From contig JAJFJD010000046.1 in the NCBI GenBank assembly GCA_021774335.1, positions 342,109 through 406,108 on the forward strand: a stretch of 64,000 nt of DNA. The letters are read 5' to 3'. The stretch's first letter is position 1; each line of letters starts with the position of its first letter. Source of the DNA: Alphaproteobacteria bacterium (GTDB taxonomy: Bacteria > Pseudomonadota > Alphaproteobacteria > UBA8366). Below are positions 28,665 through 38,183 of the stretch, piece by piece. Under the pieces are notes generated by a model, which saw only the letters and a list, made by a program, of their open reading frames with translations, had not been told where the DNA came from and did no database searches. Made by a program: the position numbers and the translations under genes.

Positions 28665-29318
28665 ATGCCGCATCGCCTTGTAAGCCGCCGATGGACGCTG
28701 GCGGGTGCCGCCGGCACCTTGCTGTTGCCGGCAACAGCGGTTGGCGCCGCCCGGCCGACCGCGACGCCCTCTCAGACCGAGGGGCCGTTCTATCCCACGG
28801 GCACGGCCCGTCCATCGGACCGGGATGCCGATTTGTTGATCCTGAGCAACCGTCCCGGACGGGCGACCGGGGATACGATCTATGTGAAAGGCCGGGTGTC
28901 GACGCTCGACGGCGCGGCGGTATCGGGTGCCGAGGTGCATATCTGGCAGGCCAACGCGAAGGGCGTCTACAACCATCCGAGCGACGGCAACGACCCGACC
29001 TTTCAGGGCTTCGGCGCGGTCACGACCGACGCACAGGGCCGCTATCGGTTCCGGACGCTGCAGCCGGCGGGGTACGGATCGATGTTCTTCCGGCGGCCTC
29101 CACATATCCATTTCAAAGTGCTGATCCGCGGTAGACCGGTGCTGACGACGCAGATGTATTTCGCGGACGGGGAAGGTAATGATCGCGACGGCATCCTGAA
29201 CGGCGTGGACAGTGCGGCCGCCCGGGCCGCATTGATCGTGCCGTTCCGGCCATCGCCCGCCATCGAACCGGATAGCCGGTCCGGCACGTTCGACATTGTC
29301 ATCAGCGCACCTGCATAG
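28665..29318 (+). CDS. Intradiol ring-cleavage dioxygenase-like protein with Tat-type signal
   Basis: The ATG at 28665 sits 6 nt after AAGGAAAG. The Tat-like leader is SRRWTLAGAAGTLLLPATAVGA. It has the intradiol blocks TEGPFYP and PPHIHFKV. Confidence 0.75.
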   Translation: MPHRLVSRRWTLAGAAGTLLLPATAVGAARPTATPSQTEGPFYPTGTARPSDRDADLLILSNRPGRATGDTIYVKGRVSTLDGAAVSGAEVHIWQANAKGVYNHPSDGNDPTFQGFGAVTTDAQGRYRFRTLQPAGYGSMFFRRPPHIHFKVLIRGRPVLTTQMYFADGEGNDRDGILNGVDSAAARAALIVPFRPSPAIEPDSRSGTFDIVISAPA

Positions 29319-29375
29319 GCATGCGGCTGCCAAATTTTCGCTTAAGTCAGGAGACCCGTTGACCGAGTCGGGCGG

Positions 29376-29636
29376 CTAGCGCCCTTTTGGCCGGCCGCGC
29401 GGTTTGCGGTCGGTGCGGCCGGTCGCTTCGCGCGACGCGGCATCCCGGGGGGAATTGAACGGCAGGACATTGTCTTCCCGCTGGACAGGCTGTTCCGCGT
29501 TCACCGCGATCCATTCCGCCAAGAGTTCGGCGACCGCCTCTTCACGCTGTTCAATCGGCGTAAAAGTGGAGGAACCGCTGTGCTGTATGCGCGCCGAACA
29601 CGCCGGACGGCGCTGATAAATCCAAAGATTAAACAC
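29376..29636 (-). CDS. Hypothetical small protein with C-terminal AT-hook-like motif
   Basis: 86-aa ORF with a GTG start and moderately GC3-rich codons. It ends in RKPRGRPKGR, an RGRP core flanked by basic residues. No family was recognised and it may not be expressed. Confidence 0.35.
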   Translation of the reverse strand: MFNLWIYQRRPACSARIQHSGSSTFTPIEQREEAVAELLAEWIAVNAEQPVQREDNVLPFNSPRDAASREATGRTDRKPRGRPKGR

Positions 29637-29852
29637 CAGATACCTCTGTCGCCATACTTTCCTCCCGTCAGATCACTGTAGTTCGAGTCCGCTGCCGGTC
29701 AAGTAGGAAACAGGATGACCCATAATCCGATCTATCGGCATTGTACTTTTGGGCAGCCACACCCCCGCAATTCGTGTTAGTGCATAAGGGATATCCCGCC
29801 AGCCCGGTCCACGGCTCCGGCGTTTCATTTAAAATCCAGGAAATACAGCAGC

Positions 29853-30791
29853 TTGCAGGTTATTTTCGATATCATATTGCCCGTCTTCGGCGTCATGCTG
29901 ATCGGTTACGGGGCGGCGCGGCTGGGATTTTTCAGCAAATCGGCAAGCGACGGTCTTTCGGCTTTTGTGTTCAATTTCGCCATTCCTGTCTTGCTGTTCC
30001 GAAGCCTTGCGACCACTGAATTGCCCCCGGTGTTGCCCTGGGGTCACTTGCTGTCCTTCTATCTCGGCGCGGCCATCGTGACGGTATTCGGCATGGCCGT
30101 CGGGCGGATCGTCCGCAAGCGTCCGCTCGATGGACAGGGGATCGTCGGGCTGACAGCGGGCTACGGAAATACGGTAATGATCGGCGTGCCGCTCGTGCTG
30201 ACCGCCTTCGGCGATGCCGCTACACTGCCACTGTTCCTGATTATCGCCTTCCACAGCGCCGTGCTGATCACCAGCGGCACGATCATTGTGGAAATCGCCC
30301 AGGGCAGTCGCGCGGGGCTCCGCAAGCTGCCGCTCAATTTGTTCAAGGCCTTCGCGACCAACCCGATCATCGTCGGGTTGATGGCCGGGCTGATGGTTGC
30401 GGCGCTGTCCTTGCCGCTGCCGAAGCCGGTAGATGACATCACGCGATTGCTGGGTACTGCGGCAGCACCCTGCGCGCTGTTCGCGATGGGCGCGGCGCTG
30501 CCGCAGTACCGCATCGCCGGCAATGTGCTGGAATCGTCCCTGGTGACGATCCTCAAGCTTGCGGTGCACCCGCTGCTGGTCTGGCTTCTCGCCACCTACG
30601 TCTTCACCGTCGATCCGTTGCACCTGCAGGTCGCGGTGCTCCTCGCGGCCACGCCGGTCGGCGCGAACGTCTACCTGTTGGCCGCCCGCTATGACGTGGG
30701 CACCGCCACCGCCACGACGTCGGTCTTCCTCACCACCGCCGCTTCGTTGATCACGCTGTCGGTCGTTCTGTTGCTGATTGCCGCACGATAA
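29853..30791 (+). CDS. AEC (auxin efflux carrier) family transporter
   Basis: It has a TTG start. The N-terminus QVIFDIILPVFGVMLIGYGAARLG and about 10 TM segments are typical of the AEC family. Confidence 0.85.
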   Translation: MQVIFDIILPVFGVMLIGYGAARLGFFSKSASDGLSAFVFNFAIPVLLFRSLATTELPPVLPWGHLLSFYLGAAIVTVFGMAVGRIVRKRPLDGQGIVGLTAGYGNTVMIGVPLVLTAFGDAATLPLFLIIAFHSAVLITSGTIIVEIAQGSRAGLRKLPLNLFKAFATNPIIVGLMAGLMVAALSLPLPKPVDDITRLLGTAAAPCALFAMGAALPQYRIAGNVLESSLVTILKLAVHPLLVWLLATYVFTVDPLHLQVAVLLAATPVGANVYLLAARYDVGTATATTSVFLTTAASLITLSVVLLLIAAR

Positions 30792-30867
30792 CCCGTTACG
30801 GCCGAACCAAAAATCGACCGAACCCATGCGCGGGACGACATGGACACGGGACGATGGATCGGCCACC

Positions 30868-31719
30868 ATGCGGTCGATGGATGATCTGCTTTTGCAGTCT
30901 GGAGTGTTTCCCTTCGCCGCGGCGGTGCTCGGCGCCGGTGTCCTGCGGCTGATCGCCGGATCGAAGCGCGGTCCCCTGATCGCCGGCGGCGCAATCGGCA
31001 TCGGTTTCCTGGTCGGCTTCGTCCTGATCCTCGGTGCGCCGGCGCGCTGGCCGCTCTCTTCCAGCGAGAAACTGTTCGCAATCGCAACACTCGCGACCAT
31101 GCTGGGCTTGGCGCTCGACCTGTCCCGCGATTCGCCACCGGTGACCCGTCTGTTGGCGGCCGTGTTGCCGCTTGCCGCATTAACCTGGGTCGGCTGGTCC
31201 CGCATCATCGGCCAGGACTGGATCGACATCGCAACGCTGGCGGCGGTCGCGCTCGGCGGCGGCGTCGTTCTGACACAGCTTTTCGCGTCCAGGGATCGGG
31301 CAGCTGAATCCGGCATCAAACTTATGATCGCCTGCATCGCCCTGGCGCTCGTGGCAGTTTTCGGCGCATCGGCGTCGCTGGGCCAGCTCGCCGGCGCAGC
31401 AGCGGCGGCCACGGCCGGGTTTCTGGTCTGGATCTGGCCGGTCCCGCGCTTCCCATTTGCGGCTGCCGCCGTGCTCGGCGGCGGACTGACTTTCGTCGCC
31501 CTGACCGGCGTCGTCGCCGTCTTTACCAGCGCACCGAAACCGGCGCTGGCGATGCTGTTGCCGATCTTTTTCGCCGACCTTGCCTTGACGCGCATGCCCA
31601 GGACCCAACGCGGCCTGAGCCGGGCGATCCGGCCGATCCTGCTCGGCGCCGTGGCCTTGATCCCGGCGCTCGCCGCCATCGGGCTCGCTTCCCTGCTCGG
31701 CGGTGGCAGCGGCTACTGA
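30868..31719 (+). CDS. Polytopic membrane protein, unknown function
   Basis: It is Gly/Ala/Leu-rich with 7-8 hydrophobic segments and GC3-rich codons. The start is uncertain (ATG at 30868 or 30877; the track ORF starts at 30778). Confidence 0.55.
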   Translation: MRSMDDLLLQSGVFPFAAAVLGAGVLRLIAGSKRGPLIAGGAIGIGFLVGFVLILGAPARWPLSSSEKLFAIATLATMLGLALDLSRDSPPVTRLLAAVLPLAALTWVGWSRIIGQDWIDIATLAAVALGGGVVLTQLFASRDRAAESGIKLMIACIALALVAVFGASASLGQLAGAAAAATAGFLVWIWPVPRFPFAAAAVLGGGLTFVALTGVVAVFTSAPKPALAMLLPIFFADLALTRMPRTQRGLSRAIRPILLGAVALIPALAAIGLASLLGGGSGY

Positions 31720-31882
31720 TACAAACTACGCTTGATTTCAACGTTCCCCGTTACCACCTTTATTATAACTGTCCGGAATGCCTCCGGCTTTCGGCGGTTG
31801 AACGACGTTTCGTCGACGATCCGTCTCCCCGTGCGGCCGATTTCAAGGCCTTGGACCGCACCGCAAGGGAAAGGAGACGACT

Positions 31883-31999
31883 ATGACTGAACAGACAAAA
31901 CAGAGCGTTATCTGGACAGCGGGAATCGTCGGAGTCCTGGTGATCGCGCTGATCCTCGCCTATGTCTTCGGATGGGTACCGACCCCGACAGGCGGGTAA
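31883..31999 (+). CDS. 38-aa single-TM small protein (below the ORF-track length cut-off)
   Basis: The protein is MTEQTKQSVIWTAGIVGVLVIALILAYVFGWVPTPTGG. The SD AAGGAG at 31871-31876 lies 6 nt before the ATG, and a perfect terminator hairpin follows 30 nt downstream. Confidence 0.5.
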   Translation: MTEQTKQSVIWTAGIVGVLVIALILAYVFGWVPTPTGG

Positions 32000-32029
32000 G
32001 GGCCAACGTCCAGAAGTCATCACTTAAAC

Positions 32030-32058
32030 GAGGCGCCGGCGACGGCGCCTCTCTTTAT
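32030..32058 (+). terminator. Rho-independent terminator candidate
   Basis: A perfect 9-bp stem GAGGCGCCG/CGGCGCCTC with loop GCGA is followed by TCTTTAT. Confidence 0.6.
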
Positions 32059-32176
32059 GTCGAAATTCGCCATAACCCGAGTACCGCCTTTGGCCAATTG
32101 CCGGTAGAGGTCGACGATGGTATGGTCCCGCCATGTCGACACACCGCTGGACCAGCCATGGCACGCGAATTAGCGT

Positions 32177-32207
32177 CCCGGCCCTTACAAGGGACCGGGT
32201 TCGTTTT
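32177..32207 (+). terminator. Second terminator-like hairpin (attenuator or sRNA terminator candidate)
   Basis: The structure is CCCGGCCC-TTACAA-GGG(A)CCGGG, 8 bp with one bulge, followed by TTCGTTTT. It lies 38 nt upstream of ATG 32245. Confidence 0.4.
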
Positions 32208-32244
32208 CCGTGCAGTAATGGTTTTTCCAAAATTGGTGTGTCTC

Positions 32245-32556
32245 ATGTCCACTTCCACTTCTAATTCCCGCAACCCATCGGCCCGTCCTGAACCGGTCGC
32301 GGCGTTTTCCGTGACCGCGCAATCATCGCCCGGCGTGATGCCGCGCGTCCTCGACCTGTTCGCCAAACGCGGCCTCGTCCCGACCCACTGGCACTCAACC
32401 GTCAAAGACGCGGAGCTCGCCATCGACATCCGCATACAAGGGATGGAGCAGCCGTTGGCCGATTATATCGGGCGATGCCTACGGCAGATCCATCTGGTCG
32501 ACCGGGTGCTGGTGATCCACGACTCGGAGACTGACCGCGCCGCCGACAGCGCTTGA
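32245..32556 (+). CDS. Hypothetical small protein, ACT-domain-like (weak)
   Basis: 103 aa. The segment FSVTAQSSPGVMPRVLDLFAKRGLVP...ELAIDIRIQG resembles a beta-alpha-beta-beta-alpha-beta ACT-like regulatory fold. No obvious SD was found, and an alternative ATG lies at 32218. Confidence 0.45.
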   Translation: MSTSTSNSRNPSARPEPVAAFSVTAQSSPGVMPRVLDLFAKRGLVPTHWHSTVKDAELAIDIRIQGMEQPLADYIGRCLRQIHLVDRVLVIHDSETDRAADSA

Positions 32557-32590
32557 TCGAAGCGCGCGGGACGGCTATCCAGACGCCGAC

Positions 32591-33445
32591 ATGGCTTTCC
32601 TCGATCACATCCGCGCCTGCAACAACTTCGATGCGAGCGCCTTCCGGCCGTTCCTGATCGGTGCCGATCAGACCGGTTACATCCGGCATGACTTCGCCGA
32701 CACGCTGCGCCGCTGGCCGGACATATTTCAAGTATCCGAGGACGCGGTCCGGCTCGATCCAGGGCTGGACAGTTTCGAGACACGATCCGAGGCCGTCGCC
32801 GAACCGATCCGCACCCTGGCCGACGAAGGTGTCTTCACTGGCTGGCGCGGCGAAATCTATCCGGTCAAGCCGGACTGGCACGCCCCGCCGTCAATGCAGC
32901 TCGAACGCGCCGCGGCGCCTTTTTTCGGCATCCGCGCCTACGGCGTGCATTTGAACGGTTATGTCCGGAAGGCCGACGGCCTGCATATGTGGGTCGCCCG
33001 CCGGGCGCGCGACAAGGCGACTTTTCCCGGCCAGCTCGACAACATGGTCGCCGGCGGCCAACCCGTCGGCATCAGCCTGCATGACAACATGGTCAAGGAA
33101 TGCGGCGAGGAAGCCGGCGTCCCGGAGGACATCGCACGAACCGCGCGGCCGGTCGGAATGATCAGCTATACGCACCAGCCGCCCGAGGGCTGCAAGCCGG
33201 ACCAGATGTTCTGCTATGACCTTGAGGTGCCCGAGGACTTCACGCCCACGCCCGTCGACGGCGAGGTCGAGGCCTTCCACCTCTGGCCGATCGAAAAGGT
33301 CGTGGAAGTCGTGCGCGACAGTTCCGATTTCAAGTTCAACTGCAACCTCGCGGTGATCGATTTCCTGATCCGCCACGGCGTGCTGAGCCCGGACACCGAA
33401 CCCGACTACACCGCGATCCTGCACGGGCTGCGCAGCGGCGCCTAA
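32591..33445 (+). CDS. NUDIX hydrolase with N-terminal DUF4743-like domain
   Basis: The Nudix box is [23 protein letters not shown]. Confidence 0.85.
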   Translation: MAFLDHIRACNNFDASAFRPFLIGADQTGYIRHDFADTLRRWPDIFQVSEDAVRLDPGLDSFETRSEAVAEPIRTLADEGVFTGWRGEIYPVKPDWHAPPSMQLERAAAPFFGIRAYGVHLNGYVRKADGLHMWVARRARDKATFPGQLDNMVAGGQPVGISLHDNMVKECGEEAGVPEDIARTARPVGMISYTHQPPEGCKPDQMFCYDLEVPEDFTPTPVDGEVEAFHLWPIEKVVEVVRDSSDFKFNCNLAVIDFLIRHGVLSPDTEPDYTAILHGLRSGA

Positions 33446-33458
33446 TTGGGCCGCCTGG

Positions 33459-35261
33459 CTACGCGTCCTTCATCTTGAGGGCGTCGATGAAGGCGGATTG
33501 CGGGATTTCCACCTTGCCGAACTGGCGCATCTTCTTCTTACCCGCCTTCTGCTTGTCCAGCAGCTTGCGCTTGCGCGTGATGTCGCCGCCGTAGCATTTC
33601 GCCGTCACGTCCTTGCGCATCGCGCCGATGGTTTCACGGGCGATCACCTTGCCGCCGATCGCGGCCTGGATCGGCACCTTGAAGAGCTGGCGCGGAATCA
33701 GGTCCTTGAGCCGTTCGCAAATCTGGCGGCCACGCGGTTCTGAGTTGGCGCGGTGGACGATCATCGACAATGCATCGACCGGCTCGGCGTTGACCAGGAT
33801 CGACACCTTGACCAGATCGCCTTCCCGATAGCCCGTCAACTCATAGTCGAAACTGGCATAGCCACGGCTGATCGACTTCAGCCGGTCGTAGAAGTCGAAC
33901 ACCACCTCGTTCAGCGGCAGGTCGTAGATCGCCATCGCCCGCGCGCCGACATAGGTCAACTCGTGCTGTATGCCGCGCCGCTCGGTACAGAGGCTCAGCA
34001 CCGAGCCGAGATACTCGTCCGGCACCAGGATCGTCGCACGGATCCACGGCTCCTCGACCGAATCGATCTTCACCACGTCGGGGTAATCCGCCGGGTTGTG
34101 CAGGTCGATTTGCGACCCGTCGGTCATGTGGAGGCGGTAGACGACCGACGGCGCGGTCGTGATCAGATCCAAATCGAATTCACGGCTCAGCCGTTCCTGC
34201 ACGATTTCCAGATGGAGCAGGCCAAGGCAGCCGCAGCGGTAGCCGAATCCCAGCGCCGCCGAACTCTCCGGTTCGTAATGCAGCGACGAATCGTTGAGTG
34301 CCAGCTTCGCCAGGCTCTCGCGTAGATCCTCGTAATCCGCGTTGTCGACCGGGAACAGCCCGCAGAACACGACGGGTACCGTCGGCTGGAACCCGGGCAG
34401 TGCCTCCTGCGCCTTGACCCGCACGCCGGTCAACGTGTCACCGACCCGGCAATCCGCAACCGATTTGATGCTGGCGGTGATGAAACCGATCTCTCCCGGC
34501 CCCAAGCTATCGGTCATCTCGCGTTTCGGGGTAAAGACGCCGACCCGGTCCACGTCATGCACCGCACCGGTCGACATCATCTCGACCTTCATGCCCTTGG
34601 TGATCTCACCATCGACCACGCGAACCAGGGTGACCACGCCGAGATAGGCGTCGTACCAACTGTCCACCAGCAGGGCCCGCAGCGGCGCGTCATGGTCGCC
34701 CTTGGGCGGCGGCAGCCGGGTAACCAGCGCCTCCAGCACGTCCCCGATGCCGAGGCCGGTCTTGGCGGAAATTTGCAAAGCATCGGTCGCGTCGATACCG
34801 ACCACATCCTCGATCTGCTGGCGGATACGCTCCGGCTCGGCGGACGGCAGGTCGATCTTGTTGAGGACGGGAATGATCTCGTGATCGTTGTCGATCGCAA
34901 GATACGTATTGGCAAGCGTCTGCGCCTCAACCCCTTGCGACGCGTCGACGACGAGCAGCGATCCCTCGCAGGCGGACAGCGAGCGGCTCACCTCGTAGGT
35001 GAAGTCCACATGACCCGGCGTATCCATCAGATTGAGTTGATAGGTCTCGCCGTCCTTGGCGGTGTAGTTGAGCCGGACGGTCTGCGCCTTGATCGTGATG
35101 CCACGCTCGCGCTCGAGTTCCATGGAATCGAGCACCTGTTCCTGCATTTCGCGTTTGGTCAGCCCACCGCATTCCTGGATGAGCCGGTCCGCCAGCGTGG
35201 ACTTGCCATGATCGATATGCGCAATGATCGAGAAATTGCGGATATGGTCGAGATCGGTCAT
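33459..35261 (-). CDS. lepA: Translation elongation factor 4
   Basis: It has [29 protein letters not shown] and NKID G-motifs, plus the LepA C-terminal domain. Confidence 0.97.
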   Translation of the reverse strand: MTDLDHIRNFSIIAHIDHGKSTLADRLIQECGGLTKREMQEQVLDSMELERERGITIKAQTVRLNYTAKDGETYQLNLMDTPGHVDFTYEVSRSLSACEGSLLVVDASQGVEAQTLANTYLAIDNDHEIIPVLNKIDLPSAEPERIRQQIEDVVGIDATDALQISAKTGLGIGDVLEALVTRLPPPKGDHDAPLRALLVDSWYDAYLGVVTLVRVVDGEITKGMKVEMMSTGAVHDVDRVGVFTPKREMTDSLGPGEIGFITASIKSVADCRVGDTLTGVRVKAQEALPGFQPTVPVVFCGLFPVDNADYEDLRESLAKLALNDSSLHYEPESSAALGFGYRCGCLGLLHLEIVQERLSREFDLDLITTAPSVVYRLHMTDGSQIDLHNPADYPDVVKIDSVEEPWIRATILVPDEYLGSVLSLCTERRGIQHELTYVGARAMAIYDLPLNEVVFDFYDRLKSISRGYASFDYELTGYREGDLVKVSILVNAEPVDALSMIVHRANSEPRGRQICERLKDLIPRQLFKVPIQAAIGGKVIARETIGAMRKDVTAKCYGGDITRKRKLLDKQKAGKKKMRQFGKVEIPQSAFIDALKMKDA

Positions 35262-35299
35262 TGCCGTTACGGCGCTCCTACGTCAGCGGTGAAATCAGC

Positions 35300-35467
35300 C
35301 TACAAGATGCAATTCTTCGCAAAATCCGCGGCTTCGTTGGCGCTCCAGTCGCCTTTTGCCTTCTTCTTCATGTCAGCGCACCATTCCTTGCTGCCGACTT
35401 CCGGCGAGCAAGCGGCGAATACGCCGACCAATGCGATTGCGATCCCAAGCCTTATGAATTTTTTCAT
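35300..35467 (-). CDS. Small lipoprotein, DUF3012-like
   Basis: The 55-aa protein is MKKFIRLGIAIALVGVFAACSPEVGSKEWCADMKKKAKGDWSANEAADFAKNCIL. It has the lipobox FAAC, a GGAGG SD, and lies 38 nt upstream of lepA. It is below the ORF-track cut-off. Confidence 0.7.
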   Translation of the reverse strand: MKKFIRLGIAIALVGVFAACSPEVGSKEWCADMKKKAKGDWSANEAADFAKNCIL

Positions 35468-35551
35468 CTCGTTTCCTCCCTCGGGTTTGGAGTCGGCAGG
35501 AAGATACGGGCGACGACGCCAAGACGCAATGCACCATTGGCCGGGCCGTTT

Positions 35552-37162
35552 TTACTCCGCAATCAGCCCTTCCAGCGTCTCCAGCCGGTCGGCTTCATGA
35601 TGCGGCTTGTCCCAGCGAATTCGATGGACGCGCGGGAACCGCATAGCGAGTTTCGACTTGTGCCGAGCCGAGCGGTGCACCGAGTCGAAGGCGATTTCCA
35701 GCACCAGGCCGGGCTCGACCGCGCGGACCGGACCGTAGCGTTCGGTGCTGTGGCCGCGAATCCATTTATCGAGTTCCGCCAGCTCCGCATCGGTGAAGCC
35801 GAAATACGCCTTACCGACCGGCACCAGTTCGGGCTTGCCGTCGCCATCGGGCCGCCAGCAACCGAAGGTAAAGTCCGAGTAGAAGGACGACCGCCGCCCA
35901 TGCCCGCGCTGGGCGTACATGACGACGCAATCGGCCAGCATCGGATCGCGTTTCCATTTGAACCACGGCCCTTTTGGGCGGCCCGCGGTATAGGCGCTGT
36001 CACTGCGTTTCAGCATCAACCCTTCGATCCCGTTGGCGCGGGCGTCGTCGCGCAACACCGACAGATCGTCCCAACTCTCGAAGGGTACCAGCGGTGACAG
36101 GTCCATGCGGTCGGGCGGCTCACGCCGGCTCCAATCGTCGAGCCGCACCCGCCGGCCATCGAACGGAAGCGCGCGTAGGTCCTCGTCACCGTCGAACAGC
36201 ATGTCGTAGAGCCGCACATGCGCCGGGTGATCCGTCAGCATCTGCTTGGTCACGCGCTTCCGGTTGAGCCGCTGCTGCAAATCGTTGAAGGGCGCCACCA
36301 CACCGTCACACAGCACCAGCAGCTCGCCGTCCACGACCGCGTCGAAGTCCATCGCGTCGACGATATCGGGGAACGCGCCACTGATATCCTCGCCGGTGCG
36401 GGAATAAATGCGCCGCTCGCCGCCGCCCGCGACGAGTTGGACGCGGATGCCATCCCACTTCCATTCGGCCCGAAAATCAGCCGGATCGAGCGCAGCCAGA
36501 TCGCCATCGTCCAGCGGGTTCGCCAGCATCAGCGGCCGGAAGGCGATGCGGCGATCGACCGGCGGCGGTCCGGCACGCCCTTCCAGCCAGGCGAACAAAG
36601 AAACATAGGGCGGCTCGAGCCCGAACCAGATTTCCTCGATCTCTTCCAGCGTCACGGCTCCCGCATCTGCCAGCGGCGCGGGCGCCATTCGGGTCAGCGC
36701 CGTCTTCGCGAGCCGCGCCGAGACGCCGACGCGCAGCCCGCCCATGATCAGCTTTAACAGGGCGTAGCGTCCGTCGGCATCGAGCGAATCCAGCCAGCCT
36801 TCGAGCAAGCCCGGCACATCGGCACGGTCGGCGCTCTTGAGCGCAATCACCATATCGCCGAGGCGCAACGGGGTTTCCGCCACCGCACCGTCGCCCGGCC
36901 AGATCAGCGAGACGGTTTCCGCCAGATCGCCGACATAGTCATAGGACAGGCGGAACAGCGTCGGGTCGACGCGCGCCTCCGTCAGCGCCCGCACGAGCGC
37001 TGGTTTCGCGTGACGCTGGGTCAATCCGTCGGTCAGCGTAGCCAGGGCCCAGCCGCGGTCCGGATCAGGCGTCGTGCGGAAATAGTCGGCGAGCAGCTGC
37101 AGCTTGCCGTTTCGCGACGGCGTGTAGACCAGCCCATCCAGCAAGGCGGCGAAGGCTTTCAC
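35552..37162 (-). CDS. ATP-dependent DNA ligase (ligase-associated / cisplatin damage response type)
   Basis: It has the adenylation motif AEWKWDGIRVQL (KxDG) and nucleotidyltransferase plus OB blocks. It overlaps the upstream exonuclease gene by 4 nt. Confidence 0.9.
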   Translation of the reverse strand: MKAFAALLDGLVYTPSRNGKLQLLADYFRTTPDPDRGWALATLTDGLTQRHAKPALVRALTEARVDPTLFRLSYDYVGDLAETVSLIWPGDGAVAETPLRLGDMVIALKSADRADVPGLLEGWLDSLDADGRYALLKLIMGGLRVGVSARLAKTALTRMAPAPLADAGAVTLEEIEEIWFGLEPPYVSLFAWLEGRAGPPPVDRRIAFRPLMLANPLDDGDLAALDPADFRAEWKWDGIRVQLVAGGGERRIYSRTGEDISGAFPDIVDAMDFDAVVDGELLVLCDGVVAPFNDLQQRLNRKRVTKQMLTDHPAHVRLYDMLFDGDEDLRALPFDGRRVRLDDWSRREPPDRMDLSPLVPFESWDDLSVLRDDARANGIEGLMLKRSDSAYTAGRPKGPWFKWKRDPMLADCVVMYAQRGHGRRSSFYSDFTFGCWRPDGDGKPELVPVGKAYFGFTDAELAELDKWIRGHSTERYGPVRAVEPGLVLEIAFDSVHRSARHKSKLAMRFPRVHRIRWDKPHHEADRLETLEGLIAE

Positions 37163-38181
37163 GCGTCTTCCTCCTCGCGGCCGACAAGGGACAATGCTTC
37201 CGCTTCGATCCCGTGCGACCGTGCGTAATGCACCAGCGCGTCTTCGCGGCCATGCGTCACCCAGACGCGCGGCGCCTGGACGTCATGCAGCGTCCTCGTC
37301 AGTTCATCCCAATCCGCATGGTCGGACAGGATTAGCGGCAGTTCGACGCTGCGCTGCCGCGCCCGCTGGCGTACCCGCATCCAGCCGGACGCCATCGCCG
37401 TCACCGGGTTGGGAAAGCCGCGCGACCAGCGGTCCCGCAGCGACGACGGCGGACACAGCACAATCTCCCCGGCGAAGCCTTTCTTGCTCTCGCGCCCGAC
37501 CTCCCGCAGAGGACCGAGCGACACGCCCTGCGCCGCGTAGAGATCGCAGAGTTCGGTCAGCGCGCCGTGCAGATGGATCGGCCGGTCGTAACCCGCCTCG
37601 CGCAGCAGGGCGATCACCCGCTGCGCCTTGCCCAAGGCATAGACGCCGACCAGATGCACCCGGTCGGGATTTCGCGCGAGCGAGTTCAGCAGTTTCTGAA
37701 TCTCGTCGCCGTCGGGCGGATGGCGGAAGACCGGCAAGGCGAAAGTCGCTTCCGTCACGAACAGGTCGCAGGGCACCGGCTCGAAAGTGTCGCAGGTCAG
37801 GTCGCGCCGCCGCTTGTAGTCGCCGGAGACCACCACCCGCGTGCCCGCGTGCTCGATCACCACCTGCGCGCTGCCAAGGATATGCCCCGCGGGCGCAAGC
37901 CGGACCGTTGCATCGCCGAAGGACCGGGTCTCGCCGTAGGCCGCCTCGTCGTAGGTCTTCGCCGCGCCCGCGCCGAAACGGGACCGCATGATTGCCGCCG
38001 TGCCCGGCGTGGTCAGCACGGCGTCATGCCCGGCGCGCGCATGATCCGCATGGCCGTGGGTGATCACGGCGCGGTCGACCGGTCGGTGCGGGTCGATATA
38101 AAAATCGCCCGCCGCGCAGTACAAACCCTGCGGCGTGACCCGCAGCCACGCTTCCGGTGGAGATTTTTCTGCCCGAGGCAT
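37159..38181 (-). CDS. Ligase-associated DNA damage response exonuclease (metallo-beta-lactamase/beta-CASP fold)
   Basis: It has the MBL motif ITHGHADHAR and is the first gene of the exo-ligase operon. Confidence 0.85.
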   Translation of the reverse strand: MPRAEKSPPEAWLRVTPQGLYCAAGDFYIDPHRPVDRAVITHGHADHARAGHDAVLTTPGTAAIMRSRFGAGAAKTYDEAAYGETRSFGDATVRLAPAGHILGSAQVVIEHAGTRVVVSGDYKRRRDLTCDTFEPVPCDLFVTEATFALPVFRHPPDGDEIQKLLNSLARNPDRVHLVGVYALGKAQRVIALLREAGYDRPIHLHGALTELCDLYAAQGVSLGPLREVGRESKKGFAGEIVLCPPSSLRDRWSRGFPNPVTAMASGWMRVRQRARQRSVELPLILSDHADWDELTRTLHDVQAPRVWVTHGREDALVHYARSHGIEAEALSLVGREEEDA

Positions 38182-38183
38182 TT

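Noticed and set aside
29681-29690. GTTCGAGTCC, a tRNA T-loop-like decamer, in the lower-GC intergenic stretch (possible tRNA or att-site remnant)
   Set aside because: The flanking bases do not form a T-stem, acceptor stem or anticodon arm on either strand. I saw no matching direct repeat or integrase in the window.
29829-31679. 616-aa minus-strand ORF, the longest unexplained ORF in the track
   Set aside because: Its composition is low-complexity and Ala/Arg/Pro/Gly-rich. It lies exactly antisense to two plus-strand membrane-protein genes, one a recognisable AEC transporter. This is a typical high-GC antisense open frame.
31763-32023. 86-aa minus-strand ORF
   Set aside because: It has no SD and an odd Arg/Ser/Asp-rich composition. 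The opposite strand has a small ORF with a strong SD and terminator that better explains the region.
34557-36097. 347-aa and 278-aa plus-strand ORFs
   Set aside because: They are antisense to lepA, the DUF3012 lipoprotein gene and the DNA ligase gene, and have no motifs.
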